64,000 bases of DNA from IMG/VR virus record IMGVR_UViG_3300021961_000020. One strand, 5' to 3'. Shown here piece after piece: positions 35,763 through 45,745 of the stretch. The DNA comes from a virus. Both the position numbers and the translations under genes were made by a program. The first letter of the stretch is position 1, and each line of letters starts with the position of its first letter. Under the pieces are notes generated by a model. It was not told the DNA's origin, did not search any database, and saw nothing but the letters and a program-made list of their open reading frames with translations.

Positions 35763-36325
35763 GCCATTGTAAATGTATTCATCCCAAGAGTGGGAGAAAA
35801 CCATCCAGTTAAAATATATTTGTCACCCTTTAAAGGAGGATTACCCCTATGAAGATGGGTAAAAGAACCTGGCCAAATCACTGCCATGTTTTTCTTTGGT
35901 TTAATTCTAATTCTTTGGTATAAGAATTCAGTTTCTCCACCTTCTTCAACATCATTTAGATAAATCATCCAAGCAACCATTCTGCTAACATCACTATATG
36001 ACCCATCTTCGCAATGCCAAGTGTGATATCCTTCACTGGGAGAAGTTTTTTGAAGAAGTACAGTTCCCGTAAACCAATCTTTCCTACTTTTAAGATATGG
36101 AAATTCTTCAAGATAATTTGCAAATGCATTATTAATTAGAAAATTATTAATGTCTTTTGCTAAAACAGGGTAAAAAGGATCAAGAGTAAACTGTTTATCT
36201 TGTAAGTGAGCCGTAACGCTCCTATGATCATAAACTATTTGATTGTTAACCCTATCTAAAAGAAATTCAATGCATTCTTCTGATAAAACATTTTCATAAG
36301 TTTTAATAAAATTTTGTTCTTCCAT
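35759..36325 (-). CDS. 2OG-Fe(II) oxygenase (prolyl hydroxylase-like)
   Basis: YHTWHCE, WMIYLNDVEEGGETEF, HLHRGNPP, KYILTGW. Confidence 0.9.
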   Translation of the reverse strand: MEEQNFIKTYENVLSEECIEFLLDRVNNQIVYDHRSVTAHLQDKQFTLDPFYPVLAKDINNFLINNAFANYLEEFPYLKSRKDWFTGTVLLQKTSPSEGYHTWHCEDGSYSDVSRMVAWMIYLNDVEEGGETEFLYQRIRIKPKKNMAVIWPGSFTHLHRGNPPLKGDKYILTGWFSPTLGMNTFTMA

Positions 36326-36383
36326 AATTTTAAATAATTTATTTTTATCAAATTGATAGGGTTGTCAACCCCCCTTTAGTATT

Positions 36384-38354
36384 TTACTTAGAAAGTCTTC
36401 TTAAATCGTAACCACCAAGTCTTCTGGTGTCATATCCAGGAGAAGAAACGGAAGAATTTGGTCGATTAGAATTTGTAGGTTTGTTGGTTGCAGGATCGGG
36501 TTTATTAGTAGGTCTTGATTGAGTACCAGAATTAGTAGGTTTTGATTGAGTACCAGAATTAGTAGGTCTTGATTTAGTACCAGTTGGATTGGGACCATGT
36601 GAAAATTCAGGACCGCGAGCACCAGATCTATTTTCAGCAGCTCTTCTTCTATCTCTGTAATCTTGAACTGGATCTTCACCCAGGAGCTCCTCTACGATGC
36701 TTTCGATCTGTTCAGCAGTCAGTTGCTCCATGATCGCCTCAGCGTGCTCTACGCTGTCCATGAGACCGTTCTCATCAAGGTATGTTAGGATGATGTCATA
36801 GAGATTAAAATCATCCTTCATCCAACGGGGAACAGTGTCATCCTTTTTGGATGCCATTTCTTTGCGAGCCTTTTCGTTGTTCTCATGACGCTTCTTCATA
36901 TTTGTTTCCAAATACGAATCATCATCATCCTTTTCTTTTTTGTACTCGGGATGATCGTCTACGCTATGCCCACGCTTCTTCTCAAGGCGTTCCTTTCTCT
37001 CTTCAGTTCCCTTCTCGGGATCTTTGTCGCGGATACCCTCCAATTGGAGTTCTTCACCTTGAAGCGCCTTCTTGCGTTGATGTAGTCTATCTACTAATGT
37101 ACCACCATTACCCTGTCCAGATTCCGCTGCTTTCTTCTGCTTTGTCAGGTTCCTCACCAAACCAAGACCAGCGGCACCGATACCCAGTGCAGCACCAGCA
37201 GCAAGTGCAGGAGCGATCTCATCGATCTGTTCACCCTCTGCTTCGTAGTGTGCTTTAAGATCTCCAGGAGCTTTGATCTCTTTGGGTTTGCCAGTCTTGG
37301 GGTCGGTAATCATTTTGATTCTAGACTTGCCAGTGGCAGGATCTTCCCAAGGATTCAGAGTTCCTTTTACGGGAGGGAATCCTTCTACCAGTTCACCATC
37401 AACTTCATAAGAATTCTTAAGGGTACTACCAGGCATTCCATCCATCTGGGGATTCCTACCCTTGTAAGTCATCTTAGACTTAGGAGGATTGGCACTCATC
37501 AGAGGATTAGGTGTCATGCCAGATCTTCTGCCATAGTTAGCACCAAAGTTTGCCTTGAACTTAGTTTGTCCAAGAGTCTCTGCTTCTCTGGTAGCAGCAG
37601 ATGCTGCTTTAGTGTCTCCTGCATTTGCTGCAGACTTTGCCTTTGCCTGTAGTGCCTTGTAGTCAGCGTTAGGGTCGGGTTTAGGTGCAACAGGTTTAGC
37701 AGCAACAGGTTGTTTAACAGGTTGTTTAACAGGTTGTTTAACAGGAGCAAATGGATCTTCTCTTGGTTTATCCGCCTTTGGAATAGTTACCTTAGTAGGT
37801 TCTACTTTAGCAGCAGGTCTTGGTGGTGTATAAGGTTCAGCAACTCTGGGGAGTGGTCCCACACCAGTTTTTTGTGCTTGTTTATCCAAGAAAGGTTTCA
37901 GGTTAATTTCTTTAGCCTTTTTAGGGTTGTTGTTTAACCAGCTACTAAGATCAACAAATTCTGCGATTGCTCTGGCTTGCTTCTTCTCAGCGGTGTGAAG
38001 GTCCTCATAGATGCGAGGGTTAACTGCCTGCAGGGCAGCACGGAACTCGTGCCCTACAACCTCTTTGGGGAGTGCTTCGATGATGTTATCCAGGAGTCTG
38101 CTGCTCTCGTATCCTTCGCCAATCAGAACTTCAGCAATGGCACGATACTGTTCAGCATAGACAGGGTTCATTGCCTGCAGTCTCTTCAGGTAGAAGGACT
38201 CGCATGTGCATTTGTCTACTTTCTTTTTATCGACTTTCTTCCCTTCGGGATTGTCGTCTTTTCTATTCCAGTCCTTAACTTCTTCCTCGGACTTCTTGCC
38301 TTCGGCAATCCGAGAATAAGCTTCAGCGAGGTTGTTGATATGAGAGGGAAGCAT
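36384..38354 (-). CDS. Large low-complexity late protein, candidate internal head protein
   Basis: TATAAATA at 38381-38388 lies inside the track's 5' extension, so the start is moved to MLPSHINN; Glu/Lys/Pro-rich modules. Confidence 0.7.
   Translation of the reverse strand: MLPSHINNLAEAYSRIAEGKKSEEEVKDWNRKDDNPEGKKVDKKKVDKCTCESFYLKRLQAMNPVYAEQYRAIAEVLIGEGYESSRLLDNIIEALPKEVVGHEFRAALQAVNPRIYEDLHTAEKKQARAIAEFVDLSSWLNNNPKKAKEINLKPFLDKQAQKTGVGPLPRVAEPYTPPRPAAKVEPTKVTIPKADKPREDPFAPVKQPVKQPVKQPVAAKPVAPKPDPNADYKALQAKAKSAANAGDTKAASAATREAETLGQTKFKANFGANYGRRSGMTPNPLMSANPPKSKMTYKGRNPQMDGMPGSTLKNSYEVDGELVEGFPPVKGTLNPWEDPATGKSRIKMITDPKTGKPKEIKAPGDLKAHYEAEGEQIDEIAPALAAGAALGIGAAGLGLVRNLTKQKKAAESGQGNGGTLVDRLHQRKKALQGEELQLEGIRDKDPEKGTEERKERLEKKRGHSVDDHPEYKKEKDDDDSYLETNMKKRHENNEKARKEMASKKDDTVPRWMKDDFNLYDIILTYLDENGLMDSVEHAEAIMEQLTAEQIESIVEELLGEDPVQDYRDRRRAAENRSGARGPEFSHGPNPTGTKSRPTNSGTQSKPTNSGTQSRPTNKPDPATNKPTNSNRPNSSVSSPGYDTRRLGGYDLRRLSK
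36505..36585. repeat. Three 27-bp tandem repeats (PTNSGTQS-type units)
   Basis: ttagtagg(t)cttgattgagtaccagaa x3, degenerate. Confidence 0.85.
37704..37745. repeat. 3.5 x 12-bp tandem repeat (PVKQ)
   Basis: aacaggttgttt repeated. Confidence 0.9.
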
Positions 38355-38395
38355 CTTACTTAGACAGACTCCAGTAGAAGTATTTATATCCATGC

Positions 38396-38435
38396 AAAAA
38401 GAAGACCTCCCTGATAGTTGCCAGGGAAGTCTTCT
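38396..38435 (-). terminator. Strong intrinsic terminator
   Basis: AGAAGACTTCCCTG-N8-CAGGGAGGTCTTCT then TTTT. Confidence 0.9.
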
Positions 38436-38454
38436 GCGCCGACGATATTCAGTT

Positions 38455-38592
38455 CTATTTAGAATACTTAAACTTCATTGCCTGCATCATCCATGCCTGG
38501 GAGAGAGACTTTGGTCCTTCTTTGAGGACCTTAAGCACTCTCTCATCAGTCTCAGATTGCAATGCTTTTGTTTTCCAATCAGAGTTTGCCAC
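38455..38592 (-). CDS. Small hypothetical (45 aa, GTG start)
   Basis: MANSDWKTKAL...EGPKSLSQAWMMQAMKFKYSK. Confidence 0.55.
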   Translation of the reverse strand: MANSDWKTKALQSETDERVLKVLKEGPKSLSQAWMMQAMKFKYSK

Positions 38593-38794
38593 CGACTACA
38601 CCTTCATGTTTTGTAGATTCAACACCATCCCAACCATCCTGTAGTCCCTTCAAATAAAAACGAGTCATTCTAATGACAACATCTTTATCTAATCCAGTAA
38701 CTAATCCTTTACCATCCTTGTTAAAGGACTCCCAAGACTTCCACTTCTTTTGCTCAACACGAAAGCAATCATCGATCCACTCATATTCAATCAT
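38579..38794 (-). CDS. Conserved cyanophage hypothetical
   Basis: EWIDDCFRVEQ...TRFYLKG. Confidence 0.6.
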   Translation of the reverse strand: MIEYEWIDDCFRVEQKKWKSWESFNKDGKGLVTGLDKDVVIRMTRFYLKGLQDGWDGVESTKHEGVVGGKL

Positions 38795-38876
38795 AGTTTA
38801 TTATTTTTAATTGGCCAAGTTAATTCCAGTGTTGTTGTCAACAAAAGAATGAATGCAAAAACAAATAAATGTGCCA

Positions 38877-39575
38877 TCACATGAAAAATGTTTTAAAAAC
38901 GCTGACAGATTTTGAAGCATACATGAAATAATAAAGTGATAAATCCTCTTCGGATAAATTAGGAAGAGGTAGATCAAATCTAGATTTCAATTCATTATAC
39001 ACCAACAAATTAGAAACATACATTCCTACTTGTTGAGATCTAATATTGGAACCTCTAGCAATGATTTGTTCTAAGGTCCAGAACCATAAAGTATCGCATT
39101 CAATTTTTTCACAAATTTTCGAAGTATTTTGTAGCAGCAGATATTCATTTCTGCACTCTTCTTCGTAATGATCTAGAAGTAAAGTATCACACTTACCTTC
39201 ATAATCATGTACATCAGAATGGATCACTTCAACATTATCAAAAAAAGAAGGATTGATATATCTATGATATTCAATGACTTCTTTATTTTTTTCAATAACT
39301 GTTACCTTAGTAACCTCTTTTTTATTTAAGATCCAGTTCTCTCTTACCCCCAGACCCAAACCAGTACATATACAATGTCCTTTTGCTAGATCATAATGCG
39401 AATATAATTCAAAGGCTTGATCATGATCTTTATTTCTATAAGACATCCACTCCTCACCATTTAAAGAGAGTTGGAAACAGTCATCGATAGAATTATATGT
39501 AACTTCGAATCCATCCCTCTTGTATGGTTTTAATTTTGGGGGAGTATAATTTAATTGGTTGAGAAGACGAATCAT
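38877..39575 (-). CDS. Class I SAM methyltransferase-like (spermidine-synthase-like motif I)
   Basis: CTGLGLG, VTVIEKN, LLLDH. Confidence 0.7.
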   Translation of the reverse strand: MIRLLNQLNYTPPKLKPYKRDGFEVTYNSIDDCFQLSLNGEEWMSYRNKDHDQAFELYSHYDLAKGHCICTGLGLGVRENWILNKKEVTKVTVIEKNKEVIEYHRYINPSFFDNVEVIHSDVHDYEGKCDTLLLDHYEEECRNEYLLLQNTSKICEKIECDTLWFWTLEQIIARGSNIRSQQVGMYVSNLLVYNELKSRFDLPLPNLSEEDLSLYYFMYASKSVSVFKTFFM

Positions 39576-39578
39576 GAA

Positions 39579-40760
39579 CTACAATTGAAATCCTGCAAAA
39601 GTGTCTTTCTCGACATCTTGTTTGATGCCACCGACAATATAGGACTCGACTTCGGTCTCTTGGGGAGCAACCTGAAGACCTTTGGAGGAGATCCAGTGTT
39701 GTGTCCAGGGGAGAGGATTATTTTTGGCAGAGATATCATAAAGAGGTTTCATCCCAATGGCTTTCATACGACGATTGGCGATCCATTCGACATACTGGCA
39801 CAGAAGTTTTTCATTCAGACCAATCATGGATCCATCTTTGAACAAATATTCCGCCCACTGCTTCTCCTGATTAACTGCATGCTGGAAGGTTTGAATCAAC
39901 CAGGATTCTTCCTCCTTAGCAATTTGCTGCATGTCTGGGTCATCGCCCTCAATCCATTTGTTGATGATGTTTTGAGTAATGACAAGGTGCTGATTTTCGT
40001 CTCTTGCGATGAGAGAGATAATTTTAGCGGATCCTTCCATAAGCTTGAGTTCACCAAACGCAAACGAGCAAGCGAACGAGACATAAAACCTGATGCCTTC
40101 GAGAATGTTGACATTGGCTACAGCACGGAAAAGTTTTCTCTTAAGTTCATAACGATTTTCTTTGAAGGTGCCTGCACCTTCTTGTGCATACTTCCAGTCA
40201 TCACTAACACCATACTGCTGTGCAGCATTAATGAAGTCATCATATGCCTGGGTGATAGCACTTGCCCTCTCAAGAATTCTCTGGTCCTCAATAATAGTAT
40301 CAAAGACTTCTGAAGGGTCACTGTAAACATTTTTGATGATGTATGTGTATGAGCGACTATGGATCATTTCCATAAACTGCCACACATTCATACATGCTTC
40401 CAATTCAGGAAGGGAACAGTATGGAGTAAACGCCATACCAGGACCACGACCCTGAATAGAGTCTAGCATAACCTGATACTTTAGGTTGCTAGTAAAGATA
40501 TGTTTTTGTTCTGGACGAAGTGTATGATAGTCAGAACGATCTTTTTGTAGGGAAACCTCCTCTGGTCTCCAAAAATAACCCAACTGTTGCTGGGTCAATT
40601 TGTCAAAGATAGGATACTTGTATGAATCGTATCTCTGAATGCTAAGGGGAGATCCAAAAAACATTGGTTGTTTTTTAGGATCTGTGGCGTTTGTGTTGAA
40701 TACAGTCATTCCTTCAATAACTGTTTCTTTTTCTTTAGTCCTAAATTGCACAGGCGTCAC
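39579..40760 (-). CDS. nrdB: Ribonucleotide reductase class Ia beta subunit
   Basis: FWRPEE, EMIHSRSY, LEGIRFY, RDENQH. Confidence 0.98.
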   Translation of the reverse strand: MTPVQFRTKEKETVIEGMTVFNTNATDPKKQPMFFGSPLSIQRYDSYKYPIFDKLTQQQLGYFWRPEEVSLQKDRSDYHTLRPEQKHIFTSNLKYQVMLDSIQGRGPGMAFTPYCSLPELEACMNVWQFMEMIHSRSYTYIIKNVYSDPSEVFDTIIEDQRILERASAITQAYDDFINAAQQYGVSDDWKYAQEGAGTFKENRYELKRKLFRAVANVNILEGIRFYVSFACSFAFGELKLMEGSAKIISLIARDENQHLVITQNIINKWIEGDDPDMQQIAKEEESWLIQTFQHAVNQEKQWAEYLFKDGSMIGLNEKLLCQYVEWIANRRMKAIGMKPLYDISAKNNPLPWTQHWISSKGLQVAPQETEVESYIVGGIKQDVEKDTFAGFQL

Positions 40761-43035
40761 ACTCCTCTTGCTTGCTAAGATTATTGAGTAGGTTTTCTAG
40801 AACCGATTCTGTTTTTTGATCTTCTACTTCATCCGTTTTGTTGTCGTAAGTATTTTGGTAGTAGGATGTCTTCCACCCGTACTTATATGTAGTCAGAAGA
40901 TCATTTGCCATGACAGAGACTGGCACTTCATTATCACTATAGTTCTCAGGATTGTAACTCCAGTTTCCAGAGATTGCCTGGTCAAAGAACTTTTGCATCA
41001 AGGCAACAATCTTGATATAACCTTCATTCGACGGCATATCCCAAAGAAGCGTGTAGTGATGTTTGAGAGAATTGTATTGGGGGACAATCTGCTTAAGAGG
41101 TCCTTTCTTGGACTTCTTAGTGGACAGGAATCCACGAGGAGGTTCGATTCCATTGGTAGCGTTTGACACAACGGAACTGCTCTCCGAAGGCATTTGTGCG
41201 GACAAAGTGCTGTTCCTGAGTCCGTAGGATACGATAGATTCTCTAAGAGCCTCCCAATCATAGTTTAACTTATGCGGTACGATTCCGTCAACATCCTTCT
41301 TGTATGTATCAATCGGAAGAATACCTGAAGAATACTTGGTACGATCAAAGTAACCGCAAGGTCCAAGTTCCTTAGCAAGTTGATTGGATGCCTTTAGCAG
41401 ATAATACTGAAACGCCTCTGTAAGGTCGTGTACGAGTTGATGTGCCTCTTGATCATTATAACCCACCCGATGCTTCGCAAGGTAGTGTGCAAGACCAATA
41501 TAACCCACACCCAGAGAACGACGATTCTTGGTGCCTACCTCTGCTGCCTTAACGGGATATCCTTGGAAATCGATAAGGGCATCCAGACCACGCACAGAGA
41601 GGTCACAGAGTTCTTCCAGTTCGTCCAGGTGACGAATCTTACCGACATTGATAGCAGACAGAATGCACAGAGCAATCTCACCTTCACCATCAATGTGCTG
41701 AAGAGGTTTGGTAGGCAGAGTAATCTCTTGGCAGAGGTTGCTCATCTCAACCTTATCCTTGAAGGAAGAGTGAGAGTTACAGTGGTCGATGTTCATAATG
41801 TACAGACGACCAGTCTCTGCTCTCTCTTTCAGCAGATTCAGGAAAAGTTCTTGTGCTGAAACAGACTGTCTTGGAATAGACTTATCTGATTCATAACCCA
41901 CATAAAGCTCGTCAAATCTATCAGTACCAAAAGCATCATACAGACCAGGAACATCGTGCGGACTGAAGAGGGAAATTGACTCGTTCTTGATGAAACGCTC
42001 ATAGAAGAGTTTGGTGATTTGAATACTGTAGTCTAAACGACGAACACGGTTATCTTCGGTTCCTTTATTATTTTTTAGTACGATGATGTCTTGGATTTCT
42101 TTGTGCCAGATTGGGAAGTGGACAGTCGCTGATCCACCTCTGATGCCATTTTGAGTGCAGCATCTGACAGTTGCTTCAAACTTTTTGAGGAAAGGGACAA
42201 CGCCTGTGTGCTGAACTTCTCCGCCTCTGATTTTGCTGTTGATGCCACGGATTCTACCCGCGTTGATACCGATTCCCGCCCTTTGTGCAACATATCTGCC
42301 AATAGCCATATCGCTAGTAAAGATACTATCGAGGGTGTCATCAACATCAACAAGCACACAGCTAGCGAATTGTCGAAGTGGAGTTCTAACTCCCGCCATG
42401 ATAGGTGTGGGAATGTTGATTTTGTGCTTCGATGTTGCGTCGTAGTACCGCTTGACATAATCGAGTCTCGTTTCTTTGGGATACTCTGCAAAGATCGTAG
42501 CAGCGATCATCAAGTACATAAACTGGGGAGTCTCATAGACATCTCCAGTGCTACGATCCTGAACGAGATATTTATCGGCTACCTGACGAAGACCAGCATA
42601 GGTGAACAGCATGTCACGCTCATGGTCAATATATCCATTCAGTTTTTCCCACTCTTCAGCAGAATATTTTACTACGATCTCTGCGTCATAGACGCCTCTC
42701 TTCACACAATTCTCAACATGCTGTTGCAGAGTAGGGCACTCATGCATACGACCCCACAGTTGCTTCCTCAGAGCAAACAGAAGAAGTCTAGCAGCAACGA
42801 ACTGATAGTTCGGATTCTCAAGGTCAATCAGGTCACTAGCACTACGAATCAAGATCTCCTGAATCTCAGCAGTGGTAACACCATCATAAAACTGAATGCC
42901 AGAATTGATTTCAATCTGAGAGGCAGAGACGCCCGCAAGATCTTTACATGCCTCATCAACCATCTTGTGCATCTTGTTTAGATCAAGCGATTCCAATTCG
43001 CCAGATCTTTTACGAACTTTAGTCCCGTTGCTCAT
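40741..43035 (-). CDS. nrdA: Ribonucleotide reductase class Ia alpha subunit
   Basis: ATP cone, QFASCVL, SNLCQEI, YYQNT; no intein/intron. Confidence 0.98.
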   Translation of the reverse strand: MSNGTKVRKRSGELESLDLNKMHKMVDEACKDLAGVSASQIEINSGIQFYDGVTTAEIQEILIRSASDLIDLENPNYQFVAARLLLFALRKQLWGRMHECPTLQQHVENCVKRGVYDAEIVVKYSAEEWEKLNGYIDHERDMLFTYAGLRQVADKYLVQDRSTGDVYETPQFMYLMIAATIFAEYPKETRLDYVKRYYDATSKHKINIPTPIMAGVRTPLRQFASCVLVDVDDTLDSIFTSDMAIGRYVAQRAGIGINAGRIRGINSKIRGGEVQHTGVVPFLKKFEATVRCCTQNGIRGGSATVHFPIWHKEIQDIIVLKNNKGTEDNRVRRLDYSIQITKLFYERFIKNESISLFSPHDVPGLYDAFGTDRFDELYVGYESDKSIPRQSVSAQELFLNLLKERAETGRLYIMNIDHCNSHSSFKDKVEMSNLCQEITLPTKPLQHIDGEGEIALCILSAINVGKIRHLDELEELCDLSVRGLDALIDFQGYPVKAAEVGTKNRRSLGVGYIGLAHYLAKHRVGYNDQEAHQLVHDLTEAFQYYLLKASNQLAKELGPCGYFDRTKYSSGILPIDTYKKDVDGIVPHKLNYDWEALRESIVSYGLRNSTLSAQMPSESSSVVSNATNGIEPPRGFLSTKKSKKGPLKQIVPQYNSLKHHYTLLWDMPSNEGYIKIVALMQKFFDQAISGNWSYNPENYSDNEVPVSVMANDLLTTYKYGWKTSYYQNTYDNKTDEVEDQKTESVLENLLNNLSKQEECDACAI

Positions 43036-44000
43036 ACCTTTTTCCACTCTGTAAATTTAACTTTTGCTTCTAGACCTGAGTATGTATTTAATTTTAACAC
43101 ATCCATAACATTGTGTCCAGCGAGGACCATATCATTGATGTCCTTCTCTACGATTCCACTTGGCCAGATGATGACTCTCTCGCCTCTTGATATGCATTTG
43201 TCAATGCGATCGACGATCTCTCGATTACGGGGTTCATTATCGTAAACAAAAACGAGATCATTTCCTTCAAGACAACGAAGGTTACCGTCAGCACCACACA
43301 GAGCCACACTATTGTTGACGAAAGTGCTGTCAAAGGGTCCTTCGACCACATAGATAGGTAATTTTGTATCGACTCCATCATATCCATAAATCTTTGGTGC
43401 ATTGTCATCCAACATCACGGTGATATATTTAACACGGTTAGGACCTATAGCCCTTCCCTGAAAACCGATTAGGTTTTGATTATAAAACAAAGGAATAATT
43501 ATCCTAGATTCTTCATGAGAAGTGCTTGTGAATACCTCTTGAAAGGTATTAGCAAAGGACTTGAACTTCTCAGCGAAGTAAAACTTGGACGGATCAATCC
43601 TCCGTCCTTCCAGATACTTTTTTGCAGTGTCAACCTCACTGCAGAGAGGGAGATCTAACTTTGCAATGAACTTTGGTTTCTCAAAAACAAACTCGGGTTC
43701 ATCAACAACAAAGTTTCTGCCCGTATGTCCTTCCTTGAACTTCTCGATAGAATACTTCTTATGCAGAGTAGAGTCTAACTTCTTCAAGAAGTTGTTGAGT
43801 GACATCGAAGCACCACAGTTATGGCACTTAAAATTGGTGTTGTTCTTTACTGAATAGATATACCCACGCGCTTTGTTCTTGTACCGCTGGGAATCTCCAC
43901 AGATAGGGCAACGAAAATTATAAAGATCTGCCTTTACTCTTTTAAACTTCTGAAGTCTAGCAGAGACAAGACCGATGTACTTGGAATCAATTAGGTCCAT
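43032..44000 (-). CDS. gp61: DNA primase (T4 gp61-like)
   Basis: CPICGDS..CHNC zinc finger, EGPFDS, DNE, DIND. Confidence 0.95.
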   Translation of the reverse strand: MDLIDSKYIGLVSARLQKFKRVKADLYNFRCPICGDSQRYKNKARGYIYSVKNNTNFKCHNCGASMSLNNFLKKLDSTLHKKYSIEKFKEGHTGRNFVVDEPEFVFEKPKFIAKLDLPLCSEVDTAKKYLEGRRIDPSKFYFAEKFKSFANTFQEVFTSTSHEESRIIIPLFYNQNLIGFQGRAIGPNRVKYITVMLDDNAPKIYGYDGVDTKLPIYVVEGPFDSTFVNNSVALCGADGNLRCLEGNDLVFVYDNEPRNREIVDRIDKCISRGERVIIWPSGIVEKDINDMVLAGHNVMDVLKLNTYSGLEAKVKFTEWKKV

Positions 44001-44412
44001 TCACCAGACTAGTGCCTGGGACTATTGTACTCGTTATCGGTGCAGGTGTCAACTTAAAACCGATGGATGGAAGGAACTGAACAGCAAAGATGATTGCACT
44101 GGCACTGATGGTAACCATCCAGAGCATCTTCTGGTTCTCATCTACCTTCTTCTCCAGGTCATCAAACTTCTCAGTCATTCTTTCAAACATCTTCTCATCA
44201 TATTTCTGATGATCATTGATCATCTTAATGATTGCCTGGTTTGCTTTGTCACCTTCATCCAAACGATTCTCATGTCGCTCAAGGATGATGGCAGTTTTGT
44301 TTGTATTTTCTTGAATGGAAGTTACAGCACGCTCTAACTTGTCCAGCATTTCTTTGGACAAGTCCTCATAAATTTCTAACTTCGATTCAAGAACTCCTAG
44401 TTTTGCGAACAT
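43987..44412 (-). CDS. Coiled-coil protein with C-terminal TM segment
   Basis: Heptads; LWMVTISASAIIFAVQFL. Confidence 0.6.
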   Translation of the reverse strand: MFAKLGVLESKLEIYEDLSKEMLDKLERAVTSIQENTNKTAIILERHENRLDEGDKANQAIIKMINDHQKYDEKMFERMTEKFDDLEKKVDENQKMLWMVTISASAIIFAVQFLPSIGFKLTPAPITSTIVPGTSLVNGPN

Positions 44413-44602
44413 GGTCTAACCAGCGTTTGCGTGAACCTTTACCCATGTAAATGTTTCGCCCAGCAACGGGTCCTTTAGGATCAGAGTTATCAGAAAAGCC
44501 GCCAGATGCTCCAGGAGCATTAGCGACCATCATCTCTTTCAAGATGTCATACACTTTTTGTAAGCGGCGATCCATCAGACTGCTCGTAACTGCTCCAGAC
44601 AA
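44387..44602 (-). CDS. Small hypothetical
   Basis: ORF overlapping both neighbours. Confidence 0.5.
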   Translation of the reverse strand: MSGAVTSSLMDRRLQKVYDILKEMMVANAPGASGGFSDNSDPKGPVAGRNIYMGKGSRKRWLDHVRKTRSS

Positions 44603-44946
44603 TATTCATCATCGATAATATTATTTAGTTCCGTGCGTGGGTAATCGGGAACTCTACCAAGATAGGTTAGAAAACTTTTGGTACAAGACCATAGATCTCT
44701 ATCTAATTTAAAAAAGAGCAACGGAACTCCAGCGTCCCCAAATACATTAAAAAGGACTATGAAGTGATTAAGAATCAGATGAGTTCTTAACTCTCCGCTA
44801 TTCTTATATCTCTTCAGTAGCCTTTTAATGTATTTGATTCTTTTAAGATCATCATAAAAATCTTCCTCAGTTACTGCCTGAGGATTTTCATAATTCTTAA
44901 TAGCAAATAAGAGATAGTTACTATCGTTCAATTCATCGAATTTCAT
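44575..44946 (-). CDS. Conserved T4-like hypothetical
   Basis: FAIKNYENP, DDLKRIKYIKRL, LILNHFI. Confidence 0.7.
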   Translation of the reverse strand: MKFDELNDSNYLLFAIKNYENPQAVTEEDFYDDLKRIKYIKRLLKRYKNSGELRTHLILNHFIVLFNVFGDAGVPLLFFKLDRDLWSCTKSFLTYLGRVPDYPRTELNNIIDDEYCLEQLRAV

Positions 44947-44954
44947 TCACTTTA

Positions 44955-45497
44955 TCATACATCAGTAGGATAAACGATGCTGCCAGCACCAGTGCTAATG
45001 CCACCGCTGCCAGTAGAATCGGCACCCATGGCAACCAGAGTTTCTGTCTTAACTCTATAATTTCCGTGGCAATCGATATAGGTTTGAACACCTACCCATC
45101 CATAATGAGTAACAGAACCACTGTGACCCATTGCAACGGCAGAAGTAGAAATGCCATAGACAATTTTGTCTTCGACACCGTAGGTATTCTCACTGAAAGT
45201 GGAATCTCCTACAGTATATACAGGCAGTTCACTGACATAGAAGTCAGTAGCGGCGATAGCAGCACCAGAGAGACCAGCAGTACTAGCAATGCTCAGAACT
45301 CTTTCACTGGTAATACCAGAGATAACTGCATCTCCATAGTATGTGCCGACACCATCACGAATGCCGAAGCGGATTACTTGACCAACTTCCAGATCAGTAG
45401 CGAAAGAAGTACCAGCACCTGTGACCGTACCAGTAGCATAATCCAGGCTAACTGTGCCAGTGGAAGTTACATTGTCGTTATTGCCCCAGAGAGCCAT
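44955..45497 (-). CDS. Probable virion structural protein
   Basis: MALWG start, HYGWV, TETLVAM; TATAAATA at 45532-45539. Confidence 0.65.
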   Translation of the reverse strand: MALWGNNDNVTSTGTVSLDYATGTVTGAGTSFATDLEVGQVIRFGIRDGVGTYYGDAVISGITSERVLSIASTAGLSGAAIAATDFYVSELPVYTVGDSTFSENTYGVEDKIVYGISTSAVAMGHSGSVTHYGWVGVQTYIDCHGNYRVKTETLVAMGADSTGSGGISTGAGSIVYPTDV

Positions 45498-45541
45498 GTT
45501 TTTGCACCCAATGTACGATTTTTCTTAGAATTATTTATAAG

Positions 45542-45745
45542 TCAAGCATCCTCGCGGGTTTTAATCGCTGCCTTAACTTTTTCAAACAGTTCGTCGTCAG
45601 CAGTAGTCTTAGTCAGTTTAACTGCTTTACCGACAATAAGGAGACACAGATCGATGAGTTTTTCACCCAGTTCTGCATCGTCGGGGATCTTAGCGATAGC
45701 GGCATCAACTACTTTGTATGCCAGGGGAAGTAAAAAAGAGACCAT
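45542..45745 (-). CDS. Small hypothetical
   Basis: LLPLAYKV...TADDELF. Confidence 0.6.
   Translation of the reverse strand: MVSFLLPLAYKVVDAAIAKIPDDAELGEKLIDLCLLIVGKAVKLTKTTADDELFEKVKAAIKTREDA

Noticed and set aside
36340-36375. Third terminator/-35 fusion (TTGACA in a G/C hairpin)
   Set aside because: No good -10 at 16-18 nt spacing (TAAAAAT) and the stem is imperfect
36505-37745. Tandem repeats as a possible CRISPR array
   Set aside because: No unique spacers; units are in-frame multiples of 3 inside a CDS
38355-38393. ORF-track N-terminus MDINTSTG of the large late protein
   Set aside because: It contains the late promoter TATAAATA, so the downstream ATG at 38354 is the more plausible start
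42151-42981. 276-aa ORF antisense to nrdA, and similar shadows over gp43, psbD, gp44 and mazG
   Set aside because: Same antisense shadow effect over conserved genes
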